DNA from: Phallusia mammillata
Lineage: Eukaryota
Assembly: GCA_965637545.1 (NCBI GenBank)
Contig: OZ281497.1
Location: 12,648,001 to 12,712,000, forward strand
Reading direction: 5' to 3'
DNA: 64,000 bases
The translations under genes were made by a program, and so were the position numbers. Of the stretch, positions 1 to 12,500 are shown piece after piece. Every line of letters starts with the position of its first letter. The first letter of the stretch is position 1. Under the pieces are notes generated by a model. It saw only the letters and a list, made by a program, of their open reading frames with translations, was not told the DNA's origin and did not search any database.

Positions 1-585
1 AGTGACTATGGACGACCTAACACAAACAGGCTTGCTAAAAAGGAAACTTCAAAAAAGGCTGCACTTACTGAAGAATTAATTTTGTGGCCATAATGTGATC
101 TTAAAATTTGCAAACTGGAATGGCGTGTATTTTTATGTTGTTTTTGTGGGTCTGTATTTCTGGGCAGGAAAGGACGTGTCTCTTGTGTAAAAAAACAAAG
201 GCAAGAGCTTTTAATGGATTGAATTCAAAGTACATGTTACTTTTTTTACCAATTTATTCAAAAATAATCACACCATTTGACCATGGGTACTGTTACTTAT
301 TCACTGGGCAAAAGTGTGGGGACCTATTGCTAATGGTGTATGTGCCCAAGCATAAACAAGACAAACTACACAGATAGATTGGGGACAATTAGGAAAACCA
401 TCTTTCGTGTCCACAAAAACATTCAACTGACACAGTGTTTTTACACTAAATTTGATAGCTGTACTGCACTTATGTCTAAATCTGCTGATCTCTCAAGGTT
501 ATGTGAATCAATTATTTATTGTCTCACACAATGTTTGCAGTATGTTTATGATGAAAGCCATAATGACCACAAAAGCTCTCATAGC

Positions 586-3500
586 ATGATTCTAGAACCA
601 CTTCTGTTGAAAGAAGAAAAGCTTACTCCAAACTCAGGTGCAATATTTAAAACTTTTTTCAGTGGCAAATACAGCAGACAAATAACAACTGTGTTAATAC
701 TTATACAATGACCAATACATATGAATTATTTTAAACCCTGTCCATAGTTGAAGCATCAAACAAGAAGTTAGCTGATAATGAAACACCATGTATGCTTTGC
801 CAATATACTGAGAAAGATTTGGACTCAAAAGCTCATTACGATGAATACTTGTGTCACCTGATTGTAGAACATAAGATGGTTGTAGCTGATGTCAAGCTAA
901 TTGCTGACTTAAGAAAGTAAGTCGCCGGCAATACATGAAAGTGTGTCTTTTGACTGTCTAGTGTGGGGAAATTTTGATAATTAAATTCTGCAACACTTTT
1001 TTTCCAGATATGCAATATATTGGAAAAAACGTTTCCAAGAAGGTCCTCTTGATGAATTTTGTTCAAAGATAAAAACAAACACAGGACGTAAAGATATGGG
1101 GGAATCTGAAGAATACTTTTTACTTTGTGATGCTTTGCCAGAAGACAAAAAAATTCGTGAGGAATTGCAGTTGTCCAAATTGGTAAATGTTGTGCTAATA
1201 GGAAATACCACAAATCTAATTTTTTTACCAACTTTGTTTAATAATTGATGTAGAAACAACTTTTACTTCGACAAGAGTTTGAAAGAAAAGACAACAATTT
1301 CGAAAGAATGTGCCCTTTTTGTACAAAACACTTCAAGGTATTTTTTTTACTTGTGGTATAACAACAATCATGGAAGACCCCTTTTTGGCTGTGTATATAT
1401 TATTACAAACAAAACCAATAAAATCTGTAATTTCAAAAACAATCATGATGGTTTACCCTAAAAGGTTTTGAGGAGAAGGTTTCAAAATCAATGTCATTAA
1501 AATAAACTTTGTGAGAGTATCAGTTTTTGGATTGTTTCCTTTTGCAAACAATGTTATAACTATTATTATGTGCCTCAGGGTAATCGAATTAACTTGTTCA
1601 ATCACATGACAGAAGATCACAACTTCAACATCGGACATCCAGATAATATCGGTTAGTAAAGTTGGTTCAGGGGTGTCATACAACCAGATTTGAAAAAATC
1701 TATCTGGTACTTTAATATGTTGAAACCACCATCCCGCTAAATGTATGACACTAATAATAGTTTGCTGGTTCAAAGCAAATAAACCACCCATTGCAAGCTG
1801 TGTATTGCAACATAATGATAGAACTGTAAATTATATTTCCAGAAAAATCTTCATTGCCTGCATTGTTTTACATACTTGTAAAAATGCCATCAGGAAAGGT
1901 CTCAACGGATTAATTGATTACAAGATCTAAATACAAATCACATAATATGTTTCATACAATGTAGCTGATATGTTTTGAAAACAATATGTAGCTTTAAATA
2001 TTGCTCTGTTAAAAAGGATTCTGCCAACAAAAACTTCTGCATCAACAGACATAATCGCGTTGCAATTGCGGGCGCGCGTGTTTCCCGCTATGTTCACCAA
2101 ACTAATGTGCCAAAAAGATGGTTTAAAAGCACGTGACCGCAACACATTTTATAGTTTGTTCAATATTAAAGACAGGCAACAGGGTGAAAAACCCGTTTAC
2201 CTTAAAATAAACATGTGTTTCAGTGAACGTGCGGGAGTTTTTAGACGAAATACATGCAAAGTTGGATGCGTAAGTTTTTTGTGTTTGTCCTAATTCTTTC
2301 TTTAATTATGTTTAACCTTTACAGACTGCAATGTCTCTTTTGTGAGAAACTTTTCAAAGATCGGGCATCTTTACGTGAGCACATGCGCAAGAAAGCACAT
2401 CGCCGACTCAATCCCAAAAATAAGGACTACGACAAGTATTACATCATAAATTATCTGGTAAATTTTTGCACTAATATTTTTTGCAAAACAATATAGTAAC
2501 GAGTTTTTGCGCTTGCAGGAACTCGGAAAGAACTGGGAAACTTTGCAAAATGAATCAGAGAGACTTGACTCAAACGAGTAAGTAAACTGTCAGACAGGTT
2601 TCAATTTAGGTTTGTTAGCTATTTATTTTATTGCTTTCTATTTATTAATAAGCAAATAATGTGCCTTCGTACATATAGCTCTGTGAGAAACAAAATAATC
2701 CTAATCGTTTGTTCGATTCAAATCGAATCGTGGTGACGTGGTGAAGTGGTGAAGTATACCTAAACGTGGTTTTGCTGCTTAAATTTTCTTTGAATAGTTA
2801 TAGGTTTATAGTGACATATGACTCTTTGTCGAAACGTTTGCTGTGAATGCAAAACTTAATTGATACAACATGGTAGGATTTGACAGGATGAATGACGTAC
2901 AACCGGTTACAACTATAAACAGATCCGTCAAAATTAGCTTTATTTTTTGGTAATTATTTGTCACCGGTCAAGTTATGGTTTTGTTATGTTAGCTCCAATC
3001 TCTTTTATAGGGATATTACCACGTCTATCTGGTGTGTCACGAAACGTGTGATTTCTATGGCAACTACCGATGCTTTTGCTTTCTTGCAAAAATTTTGGTC
3101 TGGCCGTGCATTTAAACACATAGCTGTAGCTTTAGTACTTTATTGTCATATTAAAGAAAGCGTTGGTAGAATGCAGAGAAATGCGAACAATATTGTACAG
3201 AGATGCTTGCTTTTTCTTGAGTTTCATTCTATTTTAATGAGATAGGACAAAAGAAAGACTGTACAAAGTAATGCAAAACAATAACACACGAAATACGTAC
3301 CGATATACAAGAATACTGGAAGTTGTACAGAATTGTTGCAATACATTGGCGCCGAGGAATAGAAAACGGACACGACCGTGTACATGGATTGCGTTTCAGT
3401 GACGGGCAAGACGCATAATATAGGCAGGAAAGAACGCGTAAAAGTGAAAATGTCAGGCAACTGTTTTGTTCCTACCACACACACAGCCGCTAAGTTTCTC

Positions 3501-6500
3501 CAGCCTGAAATCAAACGCACAACATTGCATAAATCGTTGTCAAGTCCCTTTCCCCCGCCGGCCCATCTCGACCGGGCTCGCAACTTCGTAATCCGCGGCA
3601 GTTCGTCTTTTAGCTTAAAGGGCAAAGCAATTTATGTTCCATTCACGATCCCCACGATCGCCTGATCGTTGGACGCGGGAATTTTACCCGAATAAGACAC
3701 CTTTCCACTGCTGCTGCTGCTTAAACTTGTACTGCTTCCGTGAATTCCGTTCGGCGTTACAACCTCGTTTGTTTGTTGTGCAACTGGTGTGATGTGATTT
3801 TGTGGTGACGCGACTGGTTGCAACACCGAGGTCAAGTCACTATCACTAGACGAGGATTTTTTGCTGGTTAAGCTTCGGTTGGGTTTTGGGTGGACGTTAG
3901 ATGTCGCTATTGTGTTGTGAATGCCGTTCACTGCAACACACAAGATTTATCTTTTGTTTGATCCTTGTTTTAGGTTGTGTAATTATTTGACATCTTCTTA
4001 CTACAATGACCAAATTATTTAGAAATATGGAAACATATCGTGGTCAATTTCTTTAGGCATTTCATTTACAGAGTACGTGTTAGGCACCTATACCTGTAGC
4101 ATTGTTTCACGTCAAATCTACAGTTTTGTTTGTTTACTTACTTTGTTGGTGATCCGAATCGTGATGGTTTGGTGAGGTGAGCCACCATGACACTTTATTA
4201 CTAAGCAAGTTTGGCAAATCGAACTGTCCAGCTAATTGGTCAAAGTCTGGTATCAAGGCAGTTGGAGAAATGATTTCTTCCATGGACGACATTGATGAAG
4301 AGTTGCGATATTCTGTTGTACAAATGTAATGGGTTAGTGTGAAAACAACGTGTACGATTTTGTGTGATCAGGCGTCCATCGGTTTGCACGTGCATACCTG
4401 GAAGTTCAAAAACTTTTACAGACCAGCTGTAATCTTCTGACAGAACAAGTTTGCCGTTGGTTGTGAGTGTGATGCACCATGGAAAATGGAGACTGTCTGC
4501 TCCTTCAAACAAATAAATAATTTACATTCTTTTGGTAAGAAGTTTGGTGGAACTTATATAATGTTACGTTGCTATGTCCTAAAACGATTTGTCGGAGATA
4601 CCATAAACGGTAGTTAACAGTTTGCATCCAACCACTGTACCTGTGGCGATGTGACGCATGAAGCAGCCATCTGGTGTAAATATATCAACTCTGTGGTTCC
4701 AACAATCCGCCACCAATATGTTGTCATGACGATCGGTGCAAATTCCCCTGGGACCTTGGAACTGTCCTCGTTCAGGTCCCTCCGCTCCGAAGCTTAATAG
4801 GAACTCCCCCTAAACATACAAGTGTTACCAACTAAATGCAAAACAAATCATGCTAATGCAAAACTACAACACAAAAAAACAGTCTAATTCTCGGTCCGCT
4901 AAACCTACGACGAACCGTAAAATGTAAATTATGTGACAAAACAATTGACCAGTTGCTCAAAGAAACATAGGCCTACTTGTGCTGTGAACTTCTTGACACT
5001 GCAGTCACCCCCGTCTGACACAATGACATTGCATTGCGAGTCGCTGGCAACGTATCGAGGTTCCACTAACTTGCTTTCACCCTTTCCTTGCGCACCAAAC
5101 TGCGTCACCAACTTTCCGTCGTCGCTGCATGAACGAAAATGGGATTTACTTGGTATGATGGGTATGTTGAAAAAATTAGAAACTCTACTAAACGATCATG
5201 AAAACTTACGTGTGAATGAAAATGCAATGTTTTCCTACATCAGCCACGATTATTCGGTTCTCAACGTCCACGGCAATGCTCGAACAGTTTCCGAATAACC
5301 CTTTTCCGAATCCGATCACACTCTTTCCTTCATGAGTCCAAATATGAACTTGATCTTCACAGCATACAGCAATATCGTCGTTGTGCAGAATGGCAATTCC
5401 AGCAGGTTTGCACATTCGTTTGTTAACCTGCGTTTAGAATTTGCCTTGAATACCCGTTTACGGGGCTGTATGTTGTTATAAAGGATTTTATCAACAGAAA
5501 CAAATAGTTCATTAACCTGCCTGAATCCCCTTTTTAAAATGGTTTAGTAAAGTTTAGCTCTGGTATCGTGTGCGCTTAGGGTTGGATTACTTGCACAAAC
5601 TTTAGGCTTGGTGCAGCTTCTAGAAAGATAACAGACCCGTGACCAAGTTTGTGCAATGAAGCGGTGGGGCAGCGGTTAACTTTCAGAAAGCCGTATTGTC
5701 TATAGTGCGGTTCCCTTTCATGGGTCGTTGGTAGCGCTGTCCGCTTGATTCGCAGCGAGCACTCGCAAAGTCACATTAACTCAGTGTGTGTCTCAAAATG
5801 TGGGATAGACAAACAACTGCAGGAGATCGTGAGCTGTTTATTTTTACGCTCGGGATTTCACCAGTTCAGATTGCTCGCACTTTTCACCCGAGTTATGCGC
5901 GAGAATCCAGCAGTGTCACGAGGCGTGAATTTGAACGGCCCCTTGATCACACGTCGTCGTTACTTTGGTGCGACATTCAAACGGGGCTATCCATACTTAC
6001 TTCGGTGACGAATGAGTCTTTGAAGTTCCCTTGAGGGTCAAATATTTGAATCTTGGCTCCATCGTAATCAGCGGTGATAACCTCATTCACTGAGTTAACT
6101 GCAAGGTTTGGTGTCGATTCAAACTCGCCTTCCGCGATTCCTTGTTTACCAAGCTAAACAATATGGCAAACGTATTAATAAATACTAAAATGCTTTTAGT
6201 AGCACAGACAGGTTAATAAAAAGGACATAAAGAAGAAAATTGCCGAAAGCTTAACGCTACAAATTTATAGTTTCGTTGTGGCACAGATTCGTTTTAACAA
6301 CAGACTTAGGTAAAATCAGCTAGTTCGACCAGTGCAAAACAGAAGGTCTGCCACAGCCAACAACACTATCACGATAATATCTAAAGTATGTTTGGGGCGT
6401 ACACACCCAACAACTACACCCCAGTTACGCTCGCCACGTGATGTGAGATTCCAATACCTCCGCCATGATTCACTAAAGCGGCTGCACATACTTGCTTTAC

Positions 6501-9500
6501 TTAATTTGCTGCACGTCTGACAAGTTCACCCACCTGCAAAACAAGTTTTGTTTCGGTTGATTCCTCCCGATGAAAGTGAACTTTGCCGTTGTGCTTTAGC
6601 ACAAGTGCCGAGTCTGAGGCGCAAAATGAGTCCAACTGGCGCAGAACCTGCAAACGCAAATGTCGCGATACGGTTTAACTGTTTATTTTAAGTTTCGGCA
6701 GCAATTCTGACTTATAAAACTTTAGTTATATCTCAATGTGACTTAACGGTCTGGATGATTTTTATAATACAAATTTCCTGTAGTAGGAGCATTACCTTGT
6801 TTACTTGTTCGTCGAACGCTGTCTTCAGAATGTGAAGTTTTCCCAGGTTGTCTCTTATTACTCGTACACTAGCATCGGCATTTGTATCGAAATTGATCGT
6901 GTCAGTTTCTTCTGTCTTATGATATGTGTGGGCTGGATGTGTCTCTAATAGTTGGTGAAGAATCTGTGTCATCTGGTTATTCAACCCCAACACTTCTTTC
7001 GGCGTCCCGTACTCAAGAACCTGCCAAATAAGAATATAGAACTTTTCGAATGATAGTTCAGTTTTACGCTAAACCATTGATTTATACCCATGTGTAAATA
7101 TCCTTATATACCAAGTGTACAAATTTATACCCATGTGTAAATAATGAATAAAAATGTTCTTAACTGTCGATTGGGTCTTTTATTTCTGACGTGCAAACTG
7201 TGAAACTCTAGTTGTACGCAGTTAATGTAATACAAGCTTTTACAACAAGTATCATATTTGGCTGAAATACGTTGAACTGTCGCAGGGCTTGAGTAAAATG
7301 TCAAGTTACAGCTCTTGCAAACGATATTACGTTCATTTGGTCTGCTGACCTTTCGCGAAAATTCCATGCAGGAAACCAAAGAGCTCAATTGCATTTCGAC
7401 CGAATCTTCATCCGCGTTTATGTGCTTGATTTCAGTTGCGTGCATGTTGTGTAACTCATCGATTAACTCCTGCTTGCGCTTTAAATTGAGAAAATATTAT
7501 AATAAACCAAATAAAATTGTTATTGGTAATCTTTACCAACTTCTTTACCAAAGTCTTTGCACAGAGTATAAAAAAGTATAAACTTCATCATTCAACCATT
7601 TTTTTTTATTATACACTTTTTTCTTCTTCAGTCTTCATAAGTCTCGTTTGCAACCTGTGCTTGTGGTGGACATGTTTACCCGCATATTCAGTCTGAAATA
7701 CGGCGGTTTTCATGATCTATCACCCACGATTCGACGGCAAATAATTGCACGTTTGTAGCTAGAATATTTGATTGGCACTTTTGATTGGTTTAGCCTTCAG
7801 GAATTCAATATTTTCACTGATTTCAAACATACACGTCAGCCATGGCGTGAACTGCTGATTGTGGTCAGTGCAACTGGATATAATTGACACGCAAACATTT
7901 GCGAACGCCGTTAAGGCGCCATGTACTCCTTGTTAAAAGCTTGATGGAGTTTGAAATTTTTTGAATTTTAAGCGCGTAATTACATATGTGTGGGCATTTT
8001 AATTCTGCTCCGTGAGCTATAATCGTCGGATGTCTCGTTTAAACCGGATGAAAACGACATAGTTCCAGGCGTCAATGCACCTGTCTGATTTAATAGCATA
8101 TAGGTAAGCGGTTTGAGCGCGCACAATGCAATGTATAAACGTTCTTTAAGAATTATTTTGGAAGAATGAAAAATGAAAAATATGTACCTTGCGAATGGCG
8201 TTAACAAAAACTTCGCAGGTCTTCTCGATTTCAACTTCCACGTTTTCCCGGTCATTCTTTTTTACTTGTTTGAGGTCTTTTAAAGTTGTTTGCAGCGTTC
8301 GTAGCACGTCTGTCTTCTCCCTTGCTGTCTTGAGAAGGTTTTCGATCTGCGGCACAACAAAGCGAATTTCAATAACCAAGTGAATCCCGATTGTTTGCTT
8401 GCAGCTCACTGATGTTTTTTTTTCCTGCCCCGTTTTAGCAAGGGTCGACAGACAGAAGTCAAGATTTAATTCGGTTGAGCAAATGCTAGTCATGTGTAAA
8501 AACAGTTCTTTTGGGGGATCAGTCACCTCAACCGGTTTTTAGTTTCACATCCATTTGAATTTTTTAAGTTTACCTCCAGTAATATTTACCTGGTGCCCTT
8601 GGTTTAGCACTTCCTCTTTTAATGAGCATCGTCTGTGCCGGGAGTGACCGCATTCCACACATTCGTGGCAGATTGGGCATTGACATGATTGACAATAGAT
8701 TTTGGCTACCTCCCCGTCATGTATCTGTAGAGATAATTTACATTCACAGTTTTTTATGCAGCAAAGAGAAGTATAATCTTGATAGATTTTGCTTTTTTCG
8801 CATCATTGTCAGTGACCTTTCACTATACTGTAACACACGAGGCGCGTAATTGCTTTCTTCTGTTCCACACCACAGTTTGACTGGCGGAACAACATTTTGC
8901 CACTATCTTTTTGTGGATAATCTGTTCAACTGTCACCCTGTAATCCCCTTGCACAGACCTTATAGCATAATTACTTTCCTCGTCAGTTAAAACTACACAA
9001 CTTACCATACAATATATCTTTGCTCTGCTCTTCAACTCCTGGTTGTGGATTCCAGATTCAAACTCTGTGAGCGAGACGATCTTGTGATGTCTGGTCAACT
9101 TGGTGCGGATGTGCCATGTCGAACATTCCGTGCAAAGAAAATCTGTGCAATCCAAACAACGCGAAATCGCCACCTTGCGGTTGTCGTGGTCGCAAGTGTC
9201 ACACATCAGAGAGGTGCCGTCCTTGTCTTCACTGCGAATTTCCTTCACTGTTTTCAGCATGTCTGACATACTTGAAATGAAGAAATTGTCCTTCAGGCCG
9301 TTGATGCCTTGTGGGGTAAGCGGTTGTTCGCATCGACAGGTGGGACAGATCACTTCCGTGCTGTTGGGCGGCGTGTACTCTTCAAGGCACTTCAGGCAGA
9401 AGGTGTGCTGGCAGTTGAGGCTTTTCGGTCTAGTGTACGTCTCGAAGCAGATTTGACAAGTGAGAAACTCATCGTTGATCTTGGTCAGCAAGTCGATTGA

Positions 9501-12500
9501 ACTCGCCATCATATGTCCGGCAAACCTGGTTGAAAGAATAACACTTTTTCATGCGTTCATTCTCACCACAATACAAAATCTTTCTTTTCAATGCACAATA
9601 CGAGGTTTAGCTCGCTATTGTCATTTTCAACCCCATTGAAGCTTCAAGTAGGGGCAACTTGCGCGCCTTCGCATCTGCCTATTGAATTACGGGCCTCGAA
9701 TTTTCCGATTGCCACTTACGTGCTGCCACAGCCGAGTTTCAAGTAAATACAAGGGGCGAGTTTTGGGCAGACATTGACCCGGAAATCTGTGGGTGAGCGG
9801 CCTTGCTTGCTTTTCGTTTCAACGATAGGCTGCTCACATGTCCACCCTGATATTTACCGTGAGAAATAGAATGCGCGGGTGCTGAACTATACGGCCCTGA
9901 TTCATGACCCCCCTTATTTAGGGCACGAATGTAGATTAGGGGGCTTTTGTGCGGTGTATGTGCATATTTTTATGTTGTTCTCAGACGGATAAGCCCTCAG
10001 TTGGAAAACTAGTCTTAAGTTGGATGCCGATTAGCTTTTTGTCCAATCATCTCACATACGCAACATGCGCCGCAATGTGTGTGGTCTTGAAGCGAACTTC
10101 TGGCGTCCTTGTTGACAAAATAAGATTCCTTTTGCCTGACACTTTACGAATCGAGTGCAACCTGTACCTCGATCGTGGGAGGTAAATCTCAGGTGTAATT
10201 TTGCGTGGATGATCGAACAGCGGCGCTTACCATGCAGAAATCGCGGCAAGCAACGAACCTGATGTTTTCCTTGAAGATATTGTAGTCTGGTGCCGAGCGC
10301 GTTCTTAACCTCGTTGGACTCATGAGTGCTGGCGGTTAAACTCTGAAAATCACTGAAGCAGCTATTTGCCGCCCCGCGATTTCTGGCAAGTTGATATGTT
10401 TTTCGAAACGTTTGTCAAAACCACAGTCCTATACTATTCCACGATCCTGTGGTGAAACCAAATAAGATATCAAGCTTGGTTACGCCTCAGGGTGAAATTC
10501 AGTAAACACGTTTTGCTATTTGAAAACAAATTCTATGGTTGCCGCCACTATGCAGAAATTCTGTGCTTAAACATTGCTACAGGTTTTCTGTAACCACAAA
10601 TCACCACTGGCCAACTCTGAGTTGGATTGTCATCCTGCCTCACTACTTTTTAGCTTGGGTCGGGTGATTGCGTGGGAAACGATTTTCGTTGACAGCCACT
10701 TGAAATTCGTCGAACCGCGACAGATTATAATTTCCAAATCTTTACCGCAGTTACAAATATTCCATCCGCTTATATCCGCACCAAAGACGCAAACGCTTTG
10801 TTGGTGAAATGCCACCCGAAGCAATTAGATATTCCTGCTTTTGCTATGTAACCCTGCGCACACTTTATTAGTTTACTTTCCTTCTCACGTTGTCCTACAT
10901 TTGTCTCCTATCGCTGCTGTTCCTGCAACCAACTGTTGTTACAGTTCGTTAAACTATGTCAGAGCGCTTGTAAACTGACTAGTTTCCAAATAGCGTGTTT
11001 GTTTGATTAGATGTTGGGCCCTGTGCACTCGGGGGTGGCGCGACCAGTAAATCAATTTCAACAGTCATTTAAAGAACTTACCGAAAACATTCGGATATTA
11101 CTGGAAACATTTTTGGTTACCTGTATTCACTCCCAGCCTATGATGTCATGATTATTTTTTACATATGCGAGCTTCCCTGTGTCTGGGAATCGCGGGCAAA
11201 TGTTTTGAGTTACGCAAATAGCGTTGCGGTATGGCGTTTCCGTGCCTTGCCGCATAAGAGGTCACGTTTTGAGAGCAAGCTTTAATGATTCACCTGTAGC
11301 ATTCTGTTCTATCAAATTAAGCTTTTGACAAAAGTCTAGTTTTCTGCGGATACTTGGTTATTTTTTCTGATATATCTGACACTTGGGGCTGCGTAGGTTG
11401 TATGCATGACTGCATTCAAATATCTGCGAACAACATCTGAAAAAACCTCACCCACTGTGCGGACGAAGCTATTTTATGCCTGGACGATTTTCGGTTAGAA
11501 CCGATCTTACATATTTGCGGGTGACGGCAAGCTGGCAGAACTCCCACGACTCTACTTCCATAAACTGTGCGGGAGTTATCACGAACGTGCGAAATCAACT
11601 GCATTTCGCCATCACACTCTTTCTGGTCAAATCCTCATTCTAAACTGTAATGAAACACTTATCTATTAGTTTTAGTTAAAACTTTATATGATACTGAAAA
11701 TGTATGTCTGCAGTCTGCACATTACACAACTTCTTCACTGGGTATGGGCTACTTCATTTTTCTGATCTTTGGTTTTCCTAAAACAACCTTTTCTACGACC
11801 CTTTACTTGACTCCGACAAATAGCTCACCCATTTTTAACGAGATTAAAGTTTCCGTTCTACGATGCCAAACCCAACTACGCAGATGTGCGCTCCTTCTAC
11901 AGGTTGAGCAACCTCTCGCCTGTTGTATTGTCATTGCCACAGTCAGCAATCTGCGCCCTTTTTTCCCGCCGATCGCCGGGAAGAGACAGAGCTGCACCGT
12001 TGAAAGAGAAAGAGAATGGACGGCGGTGGTTTTACAGAAAGACAGAAAAGACAACAAATAACTGGCGTAGCTTGACCTCGCCCACCATTTCAGCGGATAG
12101 GGGATCAAAATAACTTCAAACAGTTGTTGGACCGCTCATGAATTCGAGCGAACCTAATCGTGCCTTATTACACCACAGCACGCCTCCAGTTCAAATCTCG
12201 TCCAAGATTGCTGTAGTTTTTTGCAGGTAACCCGAGGTTGCTGCTGCGCAAAATTCTTTGTCGAGTTAGTCGCAGTTTTAAAAGGTGCTCGGCGCCAACT
12301 ACTGTTTACATCACTTGACTTGCGACAATAGGTGAGTTCGTGCTGCGACGTGGAAACCACGTGTGTTGAATCGTTCCGCATTTTGTGATGTTTGTAGATG
12401 TGCGGTTTAATGTCATGTTATCCTTGCAACCCGATTTCCGCAAACAAACGTCGGTTGTAGTAGAATTGATTCCCCATGGAGCCTAGTTGTGTTGCCATAA

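Noticed and set aside
1-377. Open frame 1-93 (SDYGRPNT...LWP*) and ORF 108-377
   Set aside because: These could be the end of an upstream gene or ZNF277 5' sequence, but there is no motif or splice support.
854-1791. Minus-strand ORFs 854-1231, 981-1259 and 1453-1791
   Set aside because: They are antisense shadows of ZNF277 exons and introns with no recognisable domain.
2676-2719. A-box-like TAGCTCTGTG and B-box GTTCGATTC spaced ~35 nt apart
   Set aside because: No cloverleaf can be formed, so neither a tRNA nor a SINE head is supportable.
4240-4397. Unspliced C-terminus of ORF 4240-4512
   Set aside because: A good donor at 4398/4397 splices in phase to downstream exons, so this is probably intron read-through.
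6533-6647. Possible extra TRIM exon VLRQLDSFCASDSAL...
   Set aside because: It has a good acceptor, but its best donor is phase 1, which breaks the frame. The flanking exons join in phase without it.
9045-9500. Plus-strand ORFs over the RING/B-box exon
   Set aside because: Antisense shadows of the TRIM exon.
11744-12381. Overlapping short ORFs on both strands in a GC-richer patch
   Set aside because: No domain similarity or consistent splice structure; probably regulatory DNA.
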